The translations under genes and the position numbers were made by a program. From Phycisphaerales bacterium (GTDB lineage: Bacteria > Planctomycetota > Phycisphaerae > WQYP01): DNA of 22,980 bases. Positions 18,026-22,980 of the stretch are shown here, in pieces. The notes under the pieces are model-generated. The model did not search any database and was not told the origin of the DNA. It saw nothing but the letters and a program-made list of their open reading frames with translations. Position 1 is the stretch's first letter. Each line of letters starts with the position of its first letter. The stretch covers positions 1 through 22,980 of the forward strand of contig DAIDJN010000052.1 of assembly GCA_027451365.1 (NCBI GenBank). The letters are read 5' to 3'.

Positions 18026-18895
18026 ATGCCAGTTGAATTAGCCCCGCTTGAAATCGGATTGTGCAGTTGGTCTATCGGCAGCAGTCAGATTCCCCGTATC
18101 CGCGCCGTCCTGAGTCAACTGGACCTTCGCGCCGTACACCTGGCCCTTGGTCCTGTTCTTGCCGCGCCTGCCGCTCGGCGGAACACATGGATTTCCGCAG
18201 TGAAAAAAAACACCATGGTTCCTACCGCCGCGATGATCGCCTTTCCCGGCGAGGACTATTCTTCGCTGGCCAGCATTCGAAAAACGGGCGGCTATGTTCC
18301 TGAAAATGTGTTCATAAAACGGCTCAAGCGAACTGTGGACGCCGCAAAGATATGCAAGAAAATTGGCATCCGATATCTTTCAACGCATGTTGGTTTTATT
18401 CCGGCACCGCGCGATCGAGTCGCGTATGCTGATTTTTTAAGCCGCCTGATGCATGTAAGTGATGAGGTTGCGGGGCAAGGCGTCAGTTTGCTTTTTGAAA
18501 GTGGCCAAGAGTCCCCGGAAACACTTGCCACCACCATGGAGCGACTCCGAAGGGATCATGTCGGGATAAATTTCGATCCCGCCAATATTCTGCTTTATGG
18601 GCAGGGCGATCCGGTTACCGCCGCGCTTGTCCTGGCACCATGGATTAAACATTTCCACGCCAAAGATTGCAAACTTCATCCCCGCCCGGTGGCCGACAGT
18701 TGGCGCGGCAAGGATGCCAACCTTGGTCAGGGCGATGCGCGACTGGCGGATGTTATTCGGGTACTTGTGTCGCGTTCCTACCATGGTCCAATTGTTATTG
18801 AACGCGAACTGGCCAAAGTTTCCACCCGGCAGATCGCTGCGGACATCGCCTTTCTTCGCCAGATTGTGGACCATGTTCGTCAGGCCAATATCTAA
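18026..18895 (+). CDS. Sugar phosphate isomerase/epimerase (xylose isomerase-like TIM barrel, AP_endonuc_2)
   Basis: GAGGA ribosome-binding site; metal-ligand motifs FESGQE, NFDPAN, HFHAKD and IERE; HVGFIP. Confidence 0.9.
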   Translation: MPVELAPLEIGLCSWSIGSSQIPRIRAVLSQLDLRAVHLALGPVLAAPAARRNTWISAVKKNTMVPTAAMIAFPGEDYSSLASIRKTGGYVPENVFIKRLKRTVDAAKICKKIGIRYLSTHVGFIPAPRDRVAYADFLSRLMHVSDEVAGQGVSLLFESGQESPETLATTMERLRRDHVGINFDPANILLYGQGDPVTAALVLAPWIKHFHAKDCKLHPRPVADSWRGKDANLGQGDARLADVIRVLVSRSYHGPIVIERELAKVSTRQIAADIAFLRQIVDHVRQANI

Positions 18896-19113
18896 TCGCC
18901 GCCTGCGGCGGTCGGGCGATTCGTCTGCCCTCCTGGCCACCCGACATGGTTCTGCATCGGTCACACCATCGCCGCGGCCGCGGGTTATATCTATTGCGCA
19001 AACAGCCTTATTCGCCTGTGCCACGCAATCGGCACGTGATTTAAGGCATATCCCGCCCAGATGCATCCGCCCGCTTCACATTTTGCAGCGGCCGGCATTT
19101 CGGTTGTAATAGC

Positions 19114-19125
19114 ATTCAATTGAAT
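19114..19125. promoter_or_regulatory. Perfect 12-bp palindrome, possible operator
   Basis: ATTCAATTGAAT lies about 40 bp upstream of ATG 19165. Confidence 0.25.
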
Positions 19126-19164
19126 AGGGATACTGGAGTGATTCTGGACAAAGGGGTGGTTGTA

Positions 19165-19518
19165 ATGGAAACGATTCTTGCCTTGGATATCGGAACCTGG
19201 ACCACACTGGTTCTGGTGGGACTGCTGACTCTGATGATTTTTATCTGGTTTGCGGTGCGTTACTGGCTGGTGAATGCGCAAAATTCCGCACTCCGGGATA
19301 TTAAAACGCCAACCATTGATCGTCTGAATACCGCAGCCCTGGAAAAATTTGATGACCCGGAGGCCGTCGCCCGGCTTGGTATGGATGAACCTGCGCCGGA
19401 AGATCTTTTGGCCGCAGTCCCTGACGAAAAGCCAGAATCCGTTCTGGAGCCGCGTCATTTTGTGCACGTCAAGCAGGTTGATCCCGTCCGGCAACCAGAC
19501 CCGCCTAAGCCAGATTGA
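19165..19518 (+). CDS. Small single-pass membrane hypothetical protein
   Basis: Hydrophobic WTTLVLVGLLTLMIFIWFAV followed by an acidic, Pro-rich tail. Its TGA overlaps the TTG of queG. Confidence 0.65.
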   Translation: METILALDIGTWTTLVLVGLLTLMIFIWFAVRYWLVNAQNSALRDIKTPTIDRLNTAALEKFDDPEAVARLGMDEPAPEDLLAAVPDEKPESVLEPRHFVHVKQVDPVRQPDPPKPD

Positions 19519-20597
19519 AAGTAGATCGCGTGACAGCCAAGCCATCCGATTCCGTTCAAGACAGCTCCCAGGTGGGGGGGACGCTAAGTTCCGCGGCCAA
19601 TCTGACCACACCGAATCCGGATTTAATTGCTGGCCGCCTTCGGCAAATCGCCTCCGAAATGCGGTTTGATCTTGTCGGCGTGGCACCGGTTGAGGAAAGC
19701 TCTCATGCCGATTATCTGCGCAGCTGGATTGCATCCGGTTCGTTTGGGCAGATGAATTATCTGGCTCGCACCGCCGAGGGTCGCATAAATCTTCGCGCGG
19801 TTCTGCCCTGGGCGCAAAGTGTGATTTGTGTCGCCATGAGCTATTACACGCCATCCAATCCAGCACCCAGTGCGGAACAGCCGGTTGAACTGAGTTTGAA
19901 CCAGCCCGGATCGGAGAATGCCAATCATGTTCCGGCGAAAATCGCCCGCTATGCCTGGGGACGGGACTACCACCGTGTGTTGTATGCGCGTCTTAGACAG
20001 TTTGAAAGGCTGATCCGCCGGGAAATAAATGTATCTTTTGAATCACGAATATATGTGGATACTGGTCCATGTTCCGAACGGGAATTGGCGGTGCGCGCAG
20101 GCCTTGGCTGGATGGGAAAAAACACGCTGCTGATTCATCCGCGGCACGGTTCCTGGTTTGTGCTGGGGGAATTGGTGACATCATTGCTGCTTACTCCGGA
20201 CCAGCCGCAATTGGATCGCTGCGGAACCTGTACGCGTTGTCTGGATGCATGCCCAACGGCCGCGTTGACACCCTATCGGCTCGACGCGATGCGCTGCATC
20301 AGCTATCAGACGCTCGAAAACCGCGGCGATATACCGCCGGAGCTTCATGAATCCATCCGGCAGGCTGGCTTTATCGTTGGATGCGATATTTGTCAGGACG
20401 TATGCCCGTTCAACCGCCGACCATTGTCCAGTTCGGAGTCTGATTTTCTTCCATCCGCGCCTGCTCCGGCCATGGATGCCAGAGCCGCACGGGCTTGGAC
20501 TGCCGCGGAATGGGATACCGCCACCCGCGGCCGCGCTTTCCGCCGGGCGAAGCCCGAAATGTGGCATAGGAATGCACGAATTATTCTTAACCAATAG
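19515..20597 (+). CDS. queG: Epoxyqueuosine reductase QueG
   Basis: GQMNYL, IARYAWGRDYH, YVDTGP, AGLGWMGKN, GSWFVLGEL; Fe-S motifs CGTCTRCLDACP, RCISY and GCDICQDVCPFN. The start is uncertain. Confidence 0.95.
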   Translation: MKVDRVTAKPSDSVQDSSQVGGTLSSAANLTTPNPDLIAGRLRQIASEMRFDLVGVAPVEESSHADYLRSWIASGSFGQMNYLARTAEGRINLRAVLPWAQSVICVAMSYYTPSNPAPSAEQPVELSLNQPGSENANHVPAKIARYAWGRDYHRVLYARLRQFERLIRREINVSFESRIYVDTGPCSERELAVRAGLGWMGKNTLLIHPRHGSWFVLGELVTSLLLTPDQPQLDRCGTCTRCLDACPTAALTPYRLDAMRCISYQTLENRGDIPPELHESIRQAGFIVGCDICQDVCPFNRRPLSSSESDFLPSAPAPAMDARAARAWTAAEWDTATRGRAFRRAKPEMWHRNARIILNQ

Positions 20598-20884
20598 ATG
20601 TCGCCACTGGCTCCAATTGGTATTTGCGCAATTTCGCCGGAGGCATTGCGGGCTTGCGGAAAAAAAATGCGGTCGGTGGAAATAAGCAGCCATTTTTCGG
20701 CCGATAGGCAAATGGCCTGATTCACAGCCCCATTAATCGCATAACGTCCCCGATGAGCGGTTATCAGGCCGAAGTTTATGATTAAGCAAATCAGACACCC
20801 GGCGACCTGCGGGCGTTGGCATCAGGGTATTGGCATACGCTGGAAGCAACGCAACGCTGGCGGCAGACAGCCACTATGGCCGCG

Positions 20885-20948
20885 GGCCAAACCACCGTGG
20901 GGGTCGGGCGTCTCGCCCGAAAATAAACAGCCAGGGGCCGTGCTCACC
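20885..20948. repeat. REP-like palindromic repeat, copy 1
   Basis: 20885-20935 matches 21213-21263 at 48 of 51 bases and contains the hairpin TCGGGCG-TCT-CGCCCGA. Confidence 0.8.
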
Positions 20949-21212
20949 GCCCAGCACACCGGGTAACCCATAACCGGAAGCCAATGATCATCACCACGAA
21001 ACAAAGGCACACCGGAATAAACCAATCCACAGATTTCACCGATTTTGTTTCCATGCGCAAATTGGCCGGAGTTCGATTTTTCTGTTCATAGATCGTCGTT
21101 TATTGTAAAAGACCGCGGCGGACGCGGATAAACTGTCACACCAATAGCCGCCACCAATATCCCGTCAGAAGGCATGGAATCAACAGTTAAATTCGGTGAA
21201 ACACATGTCGCA

Positions 21213-21275
21213 GGCCAAACCACCGTGGGCGTCGGGCGTCTCGCCTGAAAAGAAACAGCCAGGATGGCCCTCACC
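21213..21275. repeat. REP-like palindromic repeat, copy 2
   Basis: Direct repeat of copy 1, offset 328 bp; hairpins TCGGGCG-TCT-CGCCTGA and GCCA-GGA-TGGC. Confidence 0.8.
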
Positions 21276-21502
21276 CTGCAATAAAGCCTTCAAATTTTGG
21301 CCGTCGGAGGTATAGAACATGTAAGTTAATAACTGGCCGTTTTTGCCCATCCCTTCGTGGCCGGTTTTAACCCGCCCGCTGACAGTTTTCCGACCAGTTG
21401 TCAGCCGCCCGATTCCCCATTAATATGAATATCAGTCGATTCACAGTCGTCTGGGCCGCTATAGGCGTTGTCTATTGTTTTCAGTTTCGCCAATTGCCTT
21501 TA

Positions 21503-22090
21503 TCAACGCAGGCGAAGGCTTCCATGGACGCGCTTCCTGATTTCATGCCAATCGCCTGAAGCGATATCGTATCTATAATATTTTCCTTTGTATTGAAATG
21601 TGTTTCCCAATACACGTTCGAATGGAACCCAAGTACCCTTCAGCAGCGTCATGGAATTGCCATTAGGGCCATTCTTGAGCAAGAATCGGCCTTTCAATCC
21701 TACGTCGATCCAGTCCGTGCCCGGGTGGCCGGTTAGGAGTGACACCAGGGGTGTGTGGAAATTATCATGATTCTGGTATGTGAACAAAAAAGTTGGGGTG
21801 CTCGGGCGGCCGCAACCAAGATCGATTTCATGCAAGCTGCCGGGAGCTTGACTACCAACAATTCGACAAAGTATAGAGTGCCGCCCGTGGCCGTACGGAA
21901 TGTAGTATGTGCCTGGGGCCAGTTTGCCACGTGGTTCATACCCAATGCGATTAAGAAGTTCCAGCGAATTCAGATAACGAAGCTGCTCATATTGCCGGTT
22001 AGCAAGGAAAAAACCCGCACCAAGGGCCATCAACGCCACGATGACATTGATGATCACCGATTTTGCAAATTTTGTTTTATTTTCTGCCAT
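21503..22090 (-). CDS. Membrane-anchored hypothetical protein, candidate RHS immunity protein
   Basis: AAGGAG lies 7 nt before ATG 22090; N-terminal hydrophobic helix VIINVIVALMALGAGFFLA; first gene downstream of the RHS C-terminus on the same strand. The immunity role is inferred from position only. Confidence 0.7.
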   Translation of the reverse strand: MAENKTKFAKSVIINVIVALMALGAGFFLANRQYEQLRYLNSLELLNRIGYEPRGKLAPGTYYIPYGHGRHSILCRIVGSQAPGSLHEIDLGCGRPSTPTFLFTYQNHDNFHTPLVSLLTGHPGTDWIDVGLKGRFLLKNGPNGNSMTLLKGTWVPFERVLGNTFQYKGKYYRYDIASGDWHEIRKRVHGSLRLR

Positions 22091-22248
22091 GGCCAATCTC
22101 CTTTTTCTGGGTTGCTTCCGTTTGATGCCTTATCCGAGGATATTAATGGCGGATGGTCGAGAATGTTGTTGCATCAAATGGCGGTGGAAATTTCTTGATC
22201 AAATGCCTAGCGCAGGCGAGTGAACCGTCGTGGTATAAAACATACTAC

Positions 22249-22980
22249 TCATGGAATTTTACCGTGTTGCATCGCATGTAGGATCGCTTTGTACTGCTGG
22301 GGCGTCAGCGGCTGATGATGACACAAATTGTTTAATCCTTGATATAGCGTGTCGTTTTTGAGGTGCTTTCCTAAGCACAGATCATGCTCCCGACGAAGGT
22401 GCGCCGGGAGGCACCACCCACCTTTGCTGGCTAGCTCCGAGATCGCCTCAGCCCCTTCGACGGACTCTCCGCCGGGCGTAACTCCCGTGAAGAAATCCCA
22501 GATGTCGTGCACCCATTGCCAGATATTGCCCGTCGGATCCGCCGCCCCCACCGGCCCACTCTTCACATACTCATACAAATTAATCCCGCCGTCATACCCA
22601 ATCGGATCACGTTGAATCCAGCGCCCAAGTACCGGGTTATAAGTCCGATTGCGAACGTAATTAAGCTGCGATTCCGGATCAAGGCGGTAGCCGCAGTAAA
22701 TTATTTCATTCGCCCCGTAAGTCGATTGCACATCATCATCGGTAAACCACACGCCATCCGCACCCGGCGCGGTGAAAATCAACGTATTTCCATACGTGTC
22801 CGTGTCATACGCTTCTACGATACCGCCACCGGAATTGGTCAGCGCCACCGCGCGGTACAGCAAATCCTGCAGAAGGTAATACGCCCCGGCAGGCGCTGAT
22901 TGCGGCCCGGCGGCCACCAGCAGGTTCAACTGGACACATTCGTCAATATATGTTCCCCAGATGTACTGTTTCGTAGGCGT
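22249..22980 (-). CDS. RHS repeat-associated core protein, 3' part (open at the window edge)
   Basis: The frame is open to 22980 (TPTKQYIWGTYIDE...). It contains YCGYRLDPESQLNYVRNRTYNPVLGRWIQRDPIG..GGINLYEY and PVGAADPTG, followed by a 92-aa variable tail. Confidence 0.93.
   Translation of the reverse strand, partial: TPTKQYIWGTYIDECVQLNLLVAAGPQSAPAGAYYLLQDLLYRAVALTNSGGGIVEAYDTDTYGNTLIFTAPGADGVWFTDDDVQSTYGANEIIYCGYRLDPESQLNYVRNRTYNPVLGRWIQRDPIGYDGGINLYEYVKSGPVGAADPTGNIWQWVHDIWDFFTGVTPGGESVEGAEAISELASKGGWCLPAHLRREHDLCLGKHLKNDTLYQGLNNLCHHQPLTPQQYKAILHAMQHGKIP

Noticed and set aside
18991..19866. 291-aa minus-strand ORF and other long overlapping ORFs in the track
   Set aside because: They are antisense to better-supported genes, have no motifs, and show the composition of GC-rich shadow frames.
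20990..21046. CACCACGAAACAAAGGCAC and CCACAGATTTCACCGATT as remnants of repeats that flank GxxExxY-type genes
   Set aside because: These are single degenerate units with no such gene nearby, and the resemblance rests on memory only.
20885..21275. CRISPR array
   Set aside because: There are only two units, each over 50 bp, with a 264-bp spacer and no cas genes.
21270..21350. Short minus-strand ORF MGKNGQLLTYMFYTSDGQNLKALLQG
   Set aside because: It is 26 codons long, has no recognisable motif and ends inside the repeat.
1..22980. tRNA, rRNA or tmRNA genes
   Set aside because: I saw no cloverleaf, T-loop context or rRNA-like sequence in the intergenic regions. A covariance-model scan would be needed to exclude divergent RNAs.

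Overview
This is a moderately GC-rich bacterial chromosomal window. The gene content (DUF1559-type pilin-like protein, Tat-exported ThuA-like protein, RHS core) suggests Planctomycetota, probably Phycisphaerae; this is an inference. The backbone is housekeeping and sugar metabolism: rimO-pgsA, coaD, a glmM-like phosphohexomutase, ribB fused to a degenerate RibA domain, queG, an aldo/keto reductase, a GH39-like hydrolase and a sugar epimerase. Accessory DNA consists of two right-end fragments of ISKra4/ISLre2-like transposases, a pair of REP-like repeats, and, at the right edge, the 3' end of an RHS toxin gene with an unrecognised 92-aa C-terminal domain and a candidate membrane-anchored immunity gene. 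The most unusual items are: (1) an intact ORF resembling long-form mannose-6-phosphate isomerases but apparently missing the catalytic core; (2) a small protein whose last 59 residues are 48 Asp/Glu; (3) the RHS toxin/immunity pair; (4) a RibBX-like protein without zinc ligands. I saw no tRNA, rRNA, CRISPR array or recognisable riboswitch. I cannot establish a complete new multi-gene system from sequence alone. All family assignments come from motif recognition by eye, not database searches.
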